DNA of 64,000 nt from Candidatus Nanopelagicales bacterium (GTDB lineage: Bacteria; Actinomycetota; Actinomycetes; S36-B12). Below, in pieces: positions 1 through 9,843 of this stretch (position 1 is the first letter of the stretch; each line of letters begins with the position of its first letter). Location of the stretch: contig JAURME010000119.1 in assembly GCA_030830865.1 (NCBI GenBank), positions 10,532 through 74,531 of the forward strand, read 5' to 3'. The notes under the pieces are model-generated. The model saw nothing but the letters and a program-made list of their open reading frames with translations. It did not search any database and was not told the DNA's origin. The position numbers were made by a program, and so were the translations under genes.

Positions 1-383
1 CGCCCACGCTGACGGAGACGTGTGGCTCCTACTACCCGCCGACCGTGGTCGACGACCTCACGCCGGATTCCTACCTGGCCCAGACCGAGGTCTTCGGCCC
101 CGTGCTGTCGGTCCTCAGCTTCAGCGGGGATCAGGAGGCCGTCGACATCGGCAATGCCACCCCGTACGGCCTGGCCTCGGCGGTGTGGACGAACGACCTC
201 AGCCGGGCGCGACGTGCGTCCAAGGGTCTTCGGATGGGTACCGTCTGGGTCAACTGCTACGAGGAAGGGGACCTGACGGTGCCGTTCGGGGGAGTGAAGC
301 AGTCCGGCTTCGGAAGCGACAAGTCGCTGCATGCCATGGAGAAGTTCACCGATCTCAAGACCACCTGGATCGAGCTGTCATGA
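1..383 (+). CDS. aldehyde dehydrogenase family protein, C-terminal fragment (5' end outside window)
   Basis: Frame is open from the window edge to TGA at 381-383. Translation carries ALDH C-terminal motifs EVFGPVLSV and PFGGVKQSGFG. The stop overlaps the next start (ATGA). Confidence 0.85.
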   Translation, partial: PTLTETCGSYYPPTVVDDLTPDSYLAQTEVFGPVLSVLSFSGDQEAVDIGNATPYGLASAVWTNDLSRARRASKGLRMGTVWVNCYEEGDLTVPFGGVKQSGFGSDKSLHAMEKFTDLKTTWIELS

Positions 384-1048
384 GCCCGGCACCCGAACGC
401 CGCCGGCGAGCGAATCTGGCCGAGGAGGTCGCCGCCTACCTGCGTGAGGAGATCCTCAGCGGACGGCTCCGGTCCGACGAGCGGATCGATCAGGACGGTG
501 TCGCGCAGCGGTTGGGTGTCAGCCGCCTGCCGGTGCGAGAAGCCCTCATCTCCCTCGACCGCGAGGGGTTGGTCCAGACCATCCCCCGCAAGGGCACCTA
601 CGTGTCACGGGTCGACCGAGCCGACATCCTCGACCACTACCTCATCTTCGGACAGGTCGCCGGACTGGCCGCGGCGCGGGCCGTCGTGCGGATGGATGAT
701 CAGGACCTCGAGGCCCTGCAGGACCTGCACGACCGGATGATGGACGCGGACAGCCTGGCCGAGCAGCAGCGCATGAACCATGAGTTCCACCGGATCATCA
801 ATCGCGCAGCGGGCAGCCAGCGCATCGTCAGCATGATGCAGCTGCTGGGACGCTCTCTTCCGATGCCCTACCAGGACTTCCCAGCCGAATGGCTGGAGGA
901 GGCCAACCGCCAGCACCAGGACATCGTCGAGGCCTTCCGGCGGCGGGACACCCTTGCGGCCCAGCGGGCCATGGAGCAGCACATCAATGCCAGTGCCCGA
1001 CACGCGATCGAGGTGCTGGAGCGCCTCGACTTCTTCGAGGACGAGTGA
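380..1048 (+). CDS. GntR/FadR-family transcriptional regulator
   Basis: ATG at 380 chosen inside track ORF 20..1048. N-terminal winged HTH (VAQRLGVSRLPVREAL) and a C-terminal FCD-like helical domain (HEFHRIINRAAG). Confidence 0.85.
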   Translation: MSPAPERRRRANLAEEVAAYLREEILSGRLRSDERIDQDGVAQRLGVSRLPVREALISLDREGLVQTIPRKGTYVSRVDRADILDHYLIFGQVAGLAAARAVVRMDDQDLEALQDLHDRMMDADSLAEQQRMNHEFHRIINRAAGSQRIVSMMQLLGRSLPMPYQDFPAEWLEEANRQHQDIVEAFRRRDTLAAQRAMEQHINASARHAIEVLERLDFFEDE

Positions 1049-2520
1049 TGGACCGACACCTCCATTGGATCAACGGCGCTCGCACCGCCCCGGCCAGCGG
1101 CGAGTTCCTGCCCACGCTCGACCCCATGACCGGGGAGCCCTGGGCGCAGATCGCTCGGGGTGACGCGGCCGATGTCGACGCCGCGGCTCAGGCCGCCCAG
1201 TCGGCTTTCGCCGGTTGGCGGGCCGTCGGACCGACCCGTCGCGCGGACATCCTGTGGCGCCTGGGTGACCTGATCGCCGACAACGCCGACGAGCTGGCAG
1301 CACTCGAGGCCCGCGACGCCGGCAAGGTCGTGCGTGAGGTCAAGGGGCAGATGACGTCGATGCGCGCCTGGTACCACTACTACGCATCGCTGGCGTACCA
1401 GACCGAGGGACGCAGCATCCCCCAGGACCGCGCGAGCCTCACCGTGTTCACTCAGCGCATCCCGTTCGGGGTCGTCGGCGTCATCCCCGCCTTCAACTCG
1501 CCGATGCTGCTCGGCGGCATGGGACTCGCGCCCGCTCTGGCCGCCGGCAACACGGTGATCGTCAAGCCGCCCGAGGTGAACGCGCTGTCGCTGCTGCGTC
1601 TGGGCGAACTGGCTCAGCAGGCAGGCCTCCCCGACGGCTGCCTCAACATCGTGACCGGTTTCGGCAACGAGGCCGGCGATGCCGTGGTCGCCCACCCGCA
1701 TGTGCGCAAGGTGTGGTTCACCGGCGGTCCCGACAGCGCCCGCTTCGTGGCCGCGACGGCTGCGCAGCACCTGAAGCCGCTGGTGCTGGAGCTCGGTGGC
1801 AAGAGCGCGAACATCTTCTTCGATGACGTTCGTGTGGACGATGTCGTCAACGGCGTCATCGCGGGCATCTTCGCCGCTGCCGGTCAGACCTGCGTCGCCG
1901 GCTCCCGCCTCCTCGTGCACGAGAACGTGGCAGACGAACTCGTCGCGAAGATCGCCGCGCGTGCGCGCACCATCCGGCTCGGCGACCCCACCTCGGAGGA
2001 CACCGAGATGGGGCCGATGTCGCAGGAGAAGATCCTCGCCGGTGTGCGGTCGCGCGTCCAGGAGGCGATCGGCGAGGGGGCGCACCTCGTCTACGGCGGA
2101 GATGACGCCTATCGCCCGGACCATGGCTGGTTCTATGCGCCTACCGTCCTTGACGGTGTCACCAATGACATGTCCGTCGCGCGCAACGAGCTGTTCGGTC
2201 CGGTCCTCTCCGTCATCCGTTTCCGTGATGAGGACGAGGCCATCGCCATCGCCAACGACTCGCCCTTCGCGCTCGCTGCGGGAGTGTGGACGCGTGACCT
2301 CGGTCGCGCCCATCGGGTCGCCGGAGCACTGGACACCGGAACCGTCTGGGTGAACATGTACCGGGCTCTGCAGTTCGCCACCCCGTTCGGCGGCAACAAG
2401 CTGTCCGGCTACGGTCGGGAGAACGGCATGGACGGTTTCGCCGAGTTCACGCAGCCCAAGGGCGTCTGGGTCGAGTCGAGTGACGAGCCCGTGGGTGACC
2501 CGTTCGTCCTGCGGGCCTGA
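1048..2520 (+). CDS. NAD(P)-dependent aldehyde dehydrogenase
   Basis: ATG at 1048 (TGATG overlap) inside track ORF 889..2520. Catalytic motifs LELGGKSANI and GQTCVAGSR are present, and the protein has full ALDH length. Confidence 0.9.
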   Translation: MDRHLHWINGARTAPASGEFLPTLDPMTGEPWAQIARGDAADVDAAAQAAQSAFAGWRAVGPTRRADILWRLGDLIADNADELAALEARDAGKVVREVKGQMTSMRAWYHYYASLAYQTEGRSIPQDRASLTVFTQRIPFGVVGVIPAFNSPMLLGGMGLAPALAAGNTVIVKPPEVNALSLLRLGELAQQAGLPDGCLNIVTGFGNEAGDAVVAHPHVRKVWFTGGPDSARFVAATAAQHLKPLVLELGGKSANIFFDDVRVDDVVNGVIAGIFAAAGQTCVAGSRLLVHENVADELVAKIAARARTIRLGDPTSEDTEMGPMSQEKILAGVRSRVQEAIGEGAHLVYGGDDAYRPDHGWFYAPTVLDGVTNDMSVARNELFGPVLSVIRFRDEDEAIAIANDSPFALAAGVWTRDLGRAHRVAGALDTGTVWVNMYRALQFATPFGGNKLSGYGRENGMDGFAEFTQPKGVWVESSDEPVGDPFVLRA

Positions 2521-2557
2521 GACCGTTGACCTCCCTCGCCGCCTTCAAGGAGAGCGC

Positions 2558-3271
2558 ATGACCCGCCCCCGTATCGCGATCCTCGGCCGGTTCACGGAAT
2601 CGGCCAGCGCCCTGCGCTACCGCGGTGTGGTGAGCGCACGCGCGCTCCTGGAGGGAGTCTGGGCGGCGGGAGGTGATCCGGTCACGCTGCTACCGGGCGA
2701 TGACGCCGACGCCCTGGACTGGACCACGCGCCTTCAGGGTATGGACGGTGTGCTCCTGGCCGGCGGAGGGGACTTGGACCCGTGCCACTACGGAGGTGAC
2801 TCGCAGGACCCGTCCGTCTATGACGTCGACGCCGTTCAGGACACGGCCGATCTGAGCCTCGCGACCTACTGCCTCACGCATCCCATCCCCACCCTGGCCG
2901 TGTGCAGAGGTCTCCATGTGGTCAACGTTGTGCGCGGTGGGTCCCTCGTGGTCGACATGCCCGCCGCGCATCGGCACATGGTGCAGCCGATCACCCTCGA
3001 AGCGGGTGCCGAGCCGTTGGGCACGCCCGGGGAGATCCTGCACATCTCCTGCTATCACCACCAGGCGATCGACCGCCTGGGAGAGGGTATGATCGTCGTC
3101 GCCCGCTCCGACGACGGAACGGTGGAGGCGGTGACGATCGATGCCCCCGCGTGGATGGTGGGCATCCAGTGGCACCCCGAGGACACCTATCGCGACGATC
3201 CCCGGCAGCGTCGGGTCTTCGAGGATCTAGTGGCCCGAGCCCGTGACGCTCGAGCTGCTCACGCCCGGTAG
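2558..3271 (+). CDS. gamma-glutamyl-GABA hydrolase-like class I glutamine amidotransferase (peptidase C26 type)
   Basis: ATG at 2558 is preceded by AAGGAGAG. Nucleophile elbow AVCRGLHVVNV and the His/Glu motif IQWHPE are present. Confidence 0.8.
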   Translation: MTRPRIAILGRFTESASALRYRGVVSARALLEGVWAAGGDPVTLLPGDDADALDWTTRLQGMDGVLLAGGGDLDPCHYGGDSQDPSVYDVDAVQDTADLSLATYCLTHPIPTLAVCRGLHVVNVVRGGSLVVDMPAAHRHMVQPITLEAGAEPLGTPGEILHISCYHHQAIDRLGEGMIVVARSDDGTVEAVTIDAPAWMVGIQWHPEDTYRDDPRQRRVFEDLVARARDARAAHAR

Positions 3272-4221
3272 CGCTCGGCGAGGTAGACGCCCGTCAGGAC
3301 GACGAACGCGCCGATGATCTGGACGGGTGCCAGCACCTCGCCGAGGGCGATCCAGGCGATGAAGGTCGCGACGAGCGGCTCCGTCATCCCGAAGACGGAC
3401 GCCTGCGAGGCCCTGATGTGGTGCAGGGACATCACGATGAGCCAGAACGGCACGACCGTGCCGAGGACGACCATCCAGGCGACGAGCCACCAGACCTGGA
3501 CGTCCGGGCCGCTGCCGCCAAGGGGCTGACCGCTCCCGGTCAACTGATCCCAGGGGAACGTCCACCAAGGCTTGGCGAAGACCCAGAACAGGGTTGCGGC
3601 ACCGAAGCCCCACATCGTCATGGACACGGGGTCGCGTGGCTCTAGGCGCTGGATCTGTGCGTCACCGGTGAGGAAGTAGATGGCCAACGCTGCAGCCGCA
3701 CCGAAGGCGGCGGCGACGCCGAGGGGATCGAGGGTGAACCCCTTCCATATCTCGGCGACGAGAGCGAGTCCGATGAGGGCGATCACCAGGCCCAGCCAGA
3801 CGATGCGCGGCGTGGGATGGCGCAGGCCGAACCTGAACCACAGCGCGACCATGATCGGTGCGGTGAACTCAATGAGCAGAGCGATGCCGACCGGAAGGGT
3901 CTCCAGGGCAAGGAAGTACAGGTACTGCGTCATGGCGACGCCGAGGACGCCGTACGCGAGCAGGATCCCGATCTCGTTCCGTCGGATCCGCAGGGCGCGT
4001 GGACGAGTGATCGCCACGAAGACGAAGAGGATGAGGAAGGCGAGCGTGACGCGAAGCTGTGACAGGTAGGTGGAGTCGATGCCCGTCAGCAGGATCGCCT
4101 TGGAGACCGTGCCGTTGATGGCGAAGAGGGTGGCCGCCAGCAGGTAGAGCGAGTAGCCGAGGGCGGGACGTGTCTGGCGCGTCGGCGTGATCCCGGGGAT
4201 CGGCTCGGCGAGATCGCTCAC
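3259..4221 (-). CDS. EamA/DMT-superfamily transporter
   Basis: 320-aa polytopic membrane protein with two EamA-like halves. The GTG start overlaps the glgA stop (GTGA). Confidence 0.85.
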   Translation of the reverse strand: MSDLAEPIPGITPTRQTRPALGYSLYLLAATLFAINGTVSKAILLTGIDSTYLSQLRVTLAFLILFVFVAITRPRALRIRRNEIGILLAYGVLGVAMTQYLYFLALETLPVGIALLIEFTAPIMVALWFRFGLRHPTPRIVWLGLVIALIGLALVAEIWKGFTLDPLGVAAAFGAAAALAIYFLTGDAQIQRLEPRDPVSMTMWGFGAATLFWVFAKPWWTFPWDQLTGSGQPLGGSGPDVQVWWLVAWMVVLGTVVPFWLIVMSLHHIRASQASVFGMTEPLVATFIAWIALGEVLAPVQIIGAFVVLTGVYLAERYRA

Positions 4222-5375
4222 GTACGGAGCGCGGCGTCGTACACCGCGATCGTCTGATTGGCGATGGCGTCCCAGCCGAAGTCGCTGACCGCACGGAGTC
4301 GGCCCGCCGCCCCCATGGCCTGAGCGCGCTGCGGATCGGCGGCCACGCTGTTGACCGCATCGGCGAACGCGTGCTCGAACGCCTTGGGCTCTGCGGCGTC
4401 GTAGGGCACGAGTACACCCGTCTCACCATCGACAACGACCTCAGGGATCCCGCCCACGGCGGAGGCCACGACGGCGGTCTCGCAGGCCATGGCCTCGAGG
4501 TTCACGATGCCGAGGGGCTCGTAGATGGACGGGCACGCGAAAACAAGGGCGTGCGTGAAGAGCTGGATGAGCCGCGTGCGGTCCACCTGCTCCTCGATCC
4601 ACACGACGCTGTCGTCGCCGCGCTCCTCGCGCAGGCGCGCGACCGCAGCGGCCGTCTCCTCACCGATCTCAGGAGTGTCGGGGGAGGAAGCGCACAGGAC
4701 GAGTTGGACGTCGTTCTCGAATCGGCGAGCGGCGTTGATGAGATGCACGATGCCCTTCTGGCGCGTGATGCGTCCGACGAACAGTGCATAGGGGCGGCGG
4801 ATGCCGAACTCCTCGACCGCGGCCGTGCTCGGGTCCGGGCGGTAGACGGTCGTGTCGATGCCGTTGTGGACGACGTCGACCTTGTCCGGGTCGACCGACG
4901 GGTAGGACGCCAGCACATCGGCTCGCATCCCATGGCTCACGGCGATGATCCGAGCGGCCCCCTCGTAGGCGGTGCGCTCGACCCAGGAGGAGACGCGGTA
5001 GCCGCCGCCGAGCTGCTCCTCCTTCCACGGGCGCAGGGGCTCGAGGGAGTGGGCGGTCAGGACGTGGGGGACACCATGGAGGAGCCCACCGATGTGTCCC
5101 GCAAGGTTGGCGTACCAGGTGTGGGAGTGCAGGAGGTCGACCCCCTTCGTGGCGTCGACCATCTCCAAATCCACGCCCAGGGTCTGGATCGCCGGATTCG
5201 CCTCGGCCAGGGAGGGTGGCACCTGATGCGCGTCGGCGTCGGTCCGGGGAGCGCCGAAGCAGTGGACATCCACATCGATCTTGCGCCGCAGTTCGGCCAC
5301 GAGGTGCTCGACATGGACGCCCGCGCCCCCGTAGATGTCCGGCGGCCATTCCTTGGTCAGCATCCCCACTCGCAC
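4218..5375 (-). CDS. glgA: GT4 glycogen synthase, actinobacterial GlgA/GlgM type
   Basis: N-terminus MRVGMLTKEWPPDIYGGAGVHV and a GT-B E-x7-E region (EPLGIVNLEAMACETAVV). Divergent from glgC. Confidence 0.85.
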   Translation of the reverse strand: MRVGMLTKEWPPDIYGGAGVHVEHLVAELRRKIDVDVHCFGAPRTDADAHQVPPSLAEANPAIQTLGVDLEMVDATKGVDLLHSHTWYANLAGHIGGLLHGVPHVLTAHSLEPLRPWKEEQLGGGYRVSSWVERTAYEGAARIIAVSHGMRADVLASYPSVDPDKVDVVHNGIDTTVYRPDPSTAAVEEFGIRRPYALFVGRITRQKGIVHLINAARRFENDVQLVLCASSPDTPEIGEETAAAVARLREERGDDSVVWIEEQVDRTRLIQLFTHALVFACPSIYEPLGIVNLEAMACETAVVASAVGGIPEVVVDGETGVLVPYDAAEPKAFEHAFADAVNSVAADPQRAQAMGAAGRLRAVSDFGWDAIANQTIAVYDAALRT

Positions 5376-5441
5376 GCTGTGAGCCTAGCGTTCCGCTGCA
5401 TACCCCCTATGGAGGTGCTGTGACGGACTAGGGTTCGCTCT

Positions 5442-6665
5442 GTGAGCAGCGATCCGCACGTGCTGTCGATGGTCCTCGCCGGCGGTGAGGGCAAGCGGCT
5501 GATGCCGTTGACGGCGGATCGAGCCAAGCCGGCTGTGCCCTTCGGTGGCTCCTATCGGCTTGTGGACTTCGTCCTGTCGAACCTCATCAACGCGGGCCTG
5601 CGACGGGTCTGCGTCCTGACGCAGTACAAGTCGCACAGTCTGGACCGTCACATCACGCAGACCTGGCGGATGCCGACCCTCCTGGGCGACTACGTGACAC
5701 CGGTCCCTGCCCAGCAGCGCCTCGGACCGCGCTGGTACACCGGCAGCGCCGACGCCATCTTCCAGAGCCTCAACCTGGTCTACGACGAGCAGCCCGAGTA
5801 CGTCGTCATCTTCGGCGCCGACCACGTGTACCGCATGGACCCCATGCAGATGATCCAGGCGCACATCGACAGCGGTGCCGGTGTGACGGTCGCGGGGATC
5901 CGAATGCCCAAGTCGATCTCCCACCAGTTCGGCGTGATCCAGACCGCCCCCGACGGCCAGCGGATCGCGCAGTTCCTGGAGAAGCCGGCGGATCCGCCGA
6001 CCATCCCCGGGGACGACGAGAACTCCTACGTGTCGATGGGCAACTACGTCTTCAGCACCGAGGTGCTGCTCGAGGCCCTCAGGGCGGACGCGGCCGATCC
6101 TGCCTCCGTGCATGACATGGGCGGCAACATCATCCCGATGCTCACCGAGCAGGGGCAGGCGCAGGTCTACGACTTCGCGACCAACATCGTGCCCGGCGCG
6201 ACAGAACGCGACAAGGGTTACTGGCGTGATGTGGGAGCTCTTGACAGCTATCACGATGCGCACATGGACCTGGTGTCAGTCCACCCGATCTTCAACCTCT
6301 ACAACCGGCGCTGGCCGATCCTGTCGAATCTCCCTCCCTTGCCTCCGGCGAAGTTCATCGAGGGCGGCAATGCCCACGAGTCGATGGTCGGCGCCGGGAC
6401 TATCGTGTCGGGCGCCCATGTGCGCACTTCGGTGCTGGCGAGCAACGTGTTCGTCGACTCGGGCGCCTACGTCGAGGGCAGCGTGATCATGCCGGGTGTG
6501 ACGATCGGCCGGAACGCCGTGGTGCGCAACGCGATCCTGGACAAGAACGTGGTGGTGCCCAGCGGTGCTCAGATCGGTGTGGACCTGGACCGGGATCGTG
6601 AGCTCTACACGGTGAGCGACGGTGGGGTCGTATGCCTGGGCAAGGGCGTCACCGCCCAATCCTGA
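5442..6665 (+). CDS. glgC: glucose-1-phosphate adenylyltransferase
   Basis: [25 protein letters not shown] motif, with a C-terminal left-handed beta-helix region. Confidence 0.92.
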   Translation: MSSDPHVLSMVLAGGEGKRLMPLTADRAKPAVPFGGSYRLVDFVLSNLINAGLRRVCVLTQYKSHSLDRHITQTWRMPTLLGDYVTPVPAQQRLGPRWYTGSADAIFQSLNLVYDEQPEYVVIFGADHVYRMDPMQMIQAHIDSGAGVTVAGIRMPKSISHQFGVIQTAPDGQRIAQFLEKPADPPTIPGDDENSYVSMGNYVFSTEVLLEALRADAADPASVHDMGGNIIPMLTEQGQAQVYDFATNIVPGATERDKGYWRDVGALDSYHDAHMDLVSVHPIFNLYNRRWPILSNLPPLPPAKFIEGGNAHESMVGAGTIVSGAHVRTSVLASNVFVDSGAYVEGSVIMPGVTIGRNAVVRNAILDKNVVVPSGAQIGVDLDRDRELYTVSDGGVVCLGKGVTAQS

Positions 6666-6732
6666 TCCCTAGAACAGCCGATCGACGCACGCGTTCCGGC
6701 AGTGCCGATGGACCGACGGAGTGGATGCGGCC

Positions 6733-6754
6733 GTTCACGGTGTGTTCACCCAAG
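6733..6754 (+). promoter_or_regulatory. PHO-box-like pair of 11-nt direct repeats upstream of pstC
   Basis: GTTCACGGTGT GTTCACCCAAG. The GTTCAC cores start at 6733 and 6744, exactly 11 nt apart, about 60 nt upstream of the pstC start. This matches my recollection of the actinobacterial PhoP repeat unit G(G/T)TCAYYYR(G/C)G. Confidence 0.5.
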
Positions 6755-6815
6755 CGTGGGCCAGAGTTTCTGACGGTGACCCGCTGCGTATACCGGTCCC
6801 CACAACGCTTCCTCC

Positions 6816-7784
6816 ATGACGGTGACCGACCCGGTGTTCCGTGATCTCCACTCGGCTGCGACCTCGCACCGTGGCGACAGGATCTTCAACCGCACGGTCA
6901 CTGCCCTGGCCTTCACGGCCCTGCTCGTGCTTGCCGGCATCTCGATCTTCCTCGGCGCCCAGGCCGTCCCGGTCCTCGCCGAGCTCGGCCCGTCCTACCT
7001 GACCACCACGGCCTGGGATCTCACGTCCACTCCGCCGGACGTCGGCATCTGGGGGATGCTCTACGGCTCCGTCCTACTCGCCGTCATCGGTCTGCTCATC
7101 GCCGTCCCCGCCGGCCTTCTCCTCGCGGTCTTCATGGTCTTCATGGCCCCACCCAAGATCTCGAAGGCGCTCACCTCGCTGGTCGACCTCATGGCCGCCA
7201 TCCCGTCGGTGATCATCGGCCTGTGGGCGTTCTACGTGCTGACCGGTCCGGCCGTCGAGTGGCAGCAGCTTCTCAACGAGTACCTCGGCTGGATCCCGAT
7301 CTTCCAGAACACCTCGGGCAACTTCCTCGGCACGCCGTTCATCGCCGGATTCGTGCTCGCGATCATGATGATCCCGATCATCACCTCGATCTCGCGCGAG
7401 GTCCTGTCCCACACGCCCCCGGAGCTCATCAACGCCTCGGAGGCACTCGGCTGTTCCCTGTGGACCATGCTCCGCTACGTGGCGCTGCCGTACGGTCGCG
7501 GCGGCATCGTCGGCGGCATCATGCTGGGCCTGGGCCGCGCCCTGGGTGAGACCATCGCGATCTTCTTTGTCCTCAAGATCGTGTTCGAGGTCAACTGGTA
7601 CAACATCATTGAGTCCGGCGGCGGTTCCGTCGCCTCGCTGATCGTGTCGAAGTTCGGGGAGGCCAACGCCGGATTCGAGACCCAGCTCCTCCTGGCTGCC
7701 GGCTTCTTCCTGTTCCTGCTGACGCTGATCGTCAACGTCATCGCCAACCTGATCGTGTCCCGCACGGGAAGGATGCAGCGATGA
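6816..7784 (+). CDS. pstC: phosphate ABC transporter permease PstC
   Basis: Polytopic permease with the EAA-loop region ASEALGCSLWTMLRYVALPY...GRALGETIA. Confidence 0.9.
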   Translation: MTVTDPVFRDLHSAATSHRGDRIFNRTVTALAFTALLVLAGISIFLGAQAVPVLAELGPSYLTTTAWDLTSTPPDVGIWGMLYGSVLLAVIGLLIAVPAGLLLAVFMVFMAPPKISKALTSLVDLMAAIPSVIIGLWAFYVLTGPAVEWQQLLNEYLGWIPIFQNTSGNFLGTPFIAGFVLAIMMIPIITSISREVLSHTPPELINASEALGCSLWTMLRYVALPYGRGGIVGGIMLGLGRALGETIAIFFVLKIVFEVNWYNIIESGGGSVASLIVSKFGEANAGFETQLLLAAGFFLFLLTLIVNVIANLIVSRTGRMQR

Positions 7785-8860
7785 GCACCATCGTCTTCGA
7801 CAAGGAGCGTGTCTCCGAGTTGCGGAAGCAGAAGATCCAGCACCCTTGGCGCAAGCGCCCCCGCAAGTTCACGTTCAGCGTCGCGCTCGCCGTGCTCCTG
7901 CCGGCCGCCGTGGCAGCGGGCCTGCTGTTCGGCACCGACATCCCGGACCCACTGGTCATGATCCTGGTCTACCTTCCCCTGCAGCTCGTGGCTGCCGCAC
8001 TCGCGGCCATCGTGTCCAAGGGCAAGCACGGCATCGCGGACTCGATCATCTACGTGTTCGCGATCGGGGGCAGCGTCTTCTCGCTGGTGATCCTGCTGTC
8101 GCTCATCTTCACGCTGTTCGTGAACGGGCTGAAGGCGTTTAGCACCCAGTTCCTGTTTCAGAACAACGTGTACATCAGCCCCAGTACACCGCTGGATTAC
8201 GGCGGCGTCGGCCACGCGATCCTCGGCACGCTTCTCATCGTCGGCATCTCGATGCTCGTCGCGATCCCGATCGGTGTGGCCACGGCGATCTACGTCACCG
8301 AGGTCCGTGGCCGGGCGGTCCCCTACGTCCGCTTCTTCGTCCAGGCGATGTCCGGTGTCCCCTCGGTCGTCGCGGGCCTGTTCATCCTGACGGTTCTGAT
8401 CCTCACCGGTGCCCTGAGCACGAGCGCCCTCGCGGGTGGTCTGGCCTACGCGATCCTGATGCTGCCCACCGTCGCCCGCACGGCGGAGGAGGTGCTGCGC
8501 CTCATTCCCGAGGACCTGCGGACCGGTGCCCTCGCGCTCGGGTCCACCCGGGCCCGCACCGTCATGAAGGTCGTGCTGCCCGCCGCGAAGACCGGCATCG
8601 TCACGGCGATCGTCCTGGGTATGGCCCGGGTCATCGGTGAGACAGCCCCCCTGCTGCTCGTCACGGGATACAGCGACTCAACCGTGCTCAATCCGGTGTC
8701 GTCGCCCATCTCGGCTCTGCCGACGTACATCTTCGCGAACGTCGACCAGCCGTATCCCAACGCCGTCACCCGCGCGTGGGGAGCAGCCCTCGTGCTGATC
8801 ATCCTCGTCGGAATCCTGTTCGTCATCGCCCGAATCCTCGGGCGTGGCAAGGTCAAGTAG
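7781..8860 (+). CDS. pstA: phosphate ABC transporter permease PstA
   Basis: 4-nt overlap with pstC. EAA loop GALALGSTRARTVMKVVLPAAK...ARVIGETAP. Confidence 0.9.
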   Translation: MSTIVFDKERVSELRKQKIQHPWRKRPRKFTFSVALAVLLPAAVAAGLLFGTDIPDPLVMILVYLPLQLVAAALAAIVSKGKHGIADSIIYVFAIGGSVFSLVILLSLIFTLFVNGLKAFSTQFLFQNNVYISPSTPLDYGGVGHAILGTLLIVGISMLVAIPIGVATAIYVTEVRGRAVPYVRFFVQAMSGVPSVVAGLFILTVLILTGALSTSALAGGLAYAILMLPTVARTAEEVLRLIPEDLRTGALALGSTRARTVMKVVLPAAKTGIVTAIVLGMARVIGETAPLLLVTGYSDSTVLNPVSSPISALPTYIFANVDQPYPNAVTRAWGAALVLIILVGILFVIARILGRGKVK

Positions 8861-8871
8861 GGAGTCGAAGA

Positions 8872-9714
8872 ATGATGTCCACTGCAGAGTTCGACCAGAG
8901 CGTCGAGACGCTGGAGCCCTCAATGAGCGGCCGTTCGCCGGCGCTGCCCATCCAGCTGACGGCACGTGACATCTCCGTGTGGTTCGGCAAGCGCAAGGTG
9001 CTGGAGGGTGTCAACATCGACTTCCCGAAGAACACCGTCACGGCCCTGATCGGGCCGTCGGGCTGCGGCAAGTCGACCTTCATCCGCACGCTGAACCGCC
9101 TCCACGAGCTGATTCCGGGTGCAGCACTGGCCGGAGAGGTGCTCTACGAGGGCAAGGACATCTACTCGCCGGACATCGACCCCACGCACATCCGGCTGAA
9201 CATCGGCATGGTCTTCCAGAAGCCCAACCCGTTCCCGAGCATGAGCATCCGGGGCAATGTGCTGTCCGGTCTGAAGCTCTCGGGCATGAAGCGCTCGAAC
9301 CACGACGACATCGTCGAGGAGACGCTGACGGCGGCGGGCCTGTGGAACGAGGTCAAGGACCGCCTCGGTGCTCACGCCGGTGAGCTCTCCGGAGGGCAGG
9401 CGCAACGCCTCGTCATCGCCCGCGCCCTCGCTGTGCAGCCCCACGTCCTGCTCATGGACGAGCCCTGTTCGGCCCTCGACCCGGCCTCGACTCTGAAGAT
9501 CGAGGAGACGATCCGTGAGCTGTCCAAGGACATCACGGTCATCATCGTCACCCACAACATGCAGCAGGCGGTCCGCGTCTCCGACTACACCGCCTTCTTC
9601 CTCGCGGCCGAGAACGAGCCCGGCCACGTGGTGGAGCAGGGCCCGACCACCGACATCTTCAGCAACCCGAGGGACCAGCGCACGCTCGACTACGTCAACG
9701 GCCGCTTCGGTTAA
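8872..9714 (+). CDS. pstB: phosphate ABC transporter ATP-binding protein PstB
   Basis: ATG at 8872 after GGGAG, inside track ORF 8776..9714. Walker A GPSGCGKST, signature LSGGQAQRL, Walker B LLMDEPCSALD. Confidence 0.93.
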   Translation: MMSTAEFDQSVETLEPSMSGRSPALPIQLTARDISVWFGKRKVLEGVNIDFPKNTVTALIGPSGCGKSTFIRTLNRLHELIPGAALAGEVLYEGKDIYSPDIDPTHIRLNIGMVFQKPNPFPSMSIRGNVLSGLKLSGMKRSNHDDIVEETLTAAGLWNEVKDRLGAHAGELSGGQAQRLVIARALAVQPHVLLMDEPCSALDPASTLKIEETIRELSKDITVIIVTHNMQQAVRVSDYTAFFLAAENEPGHVVEQGPTTDIFSNPRDQRTLDYVNGRFG

Positions 9715-9720
9715 CCCGTC

Positions 9721-9750
9721 GTTCACCGGGTCACCCAGAGTTCACCTGAC
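9721..9750 (+). promoter_or_regulatory. PHO-box-like repeats upstream of pstS
   Basis: GTTCACCG GGTCACCCAGA GTTCACCTGAC. The last two units (9729-9739 and 9740-9750) are in exact 11-nt phase. They lie about 95 nt upstream of the pstS start. Confidence 0.5.
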
Positions 9751-9843
9751 CGTCGCGAGGACGCCGCTCAGGTGACTGCTGGGGGTCAGGATCGGCTCCT
9801 AGTTTCTGTGATGTCAGCAAGTCCCGTATCGAAGGAGAATCCT

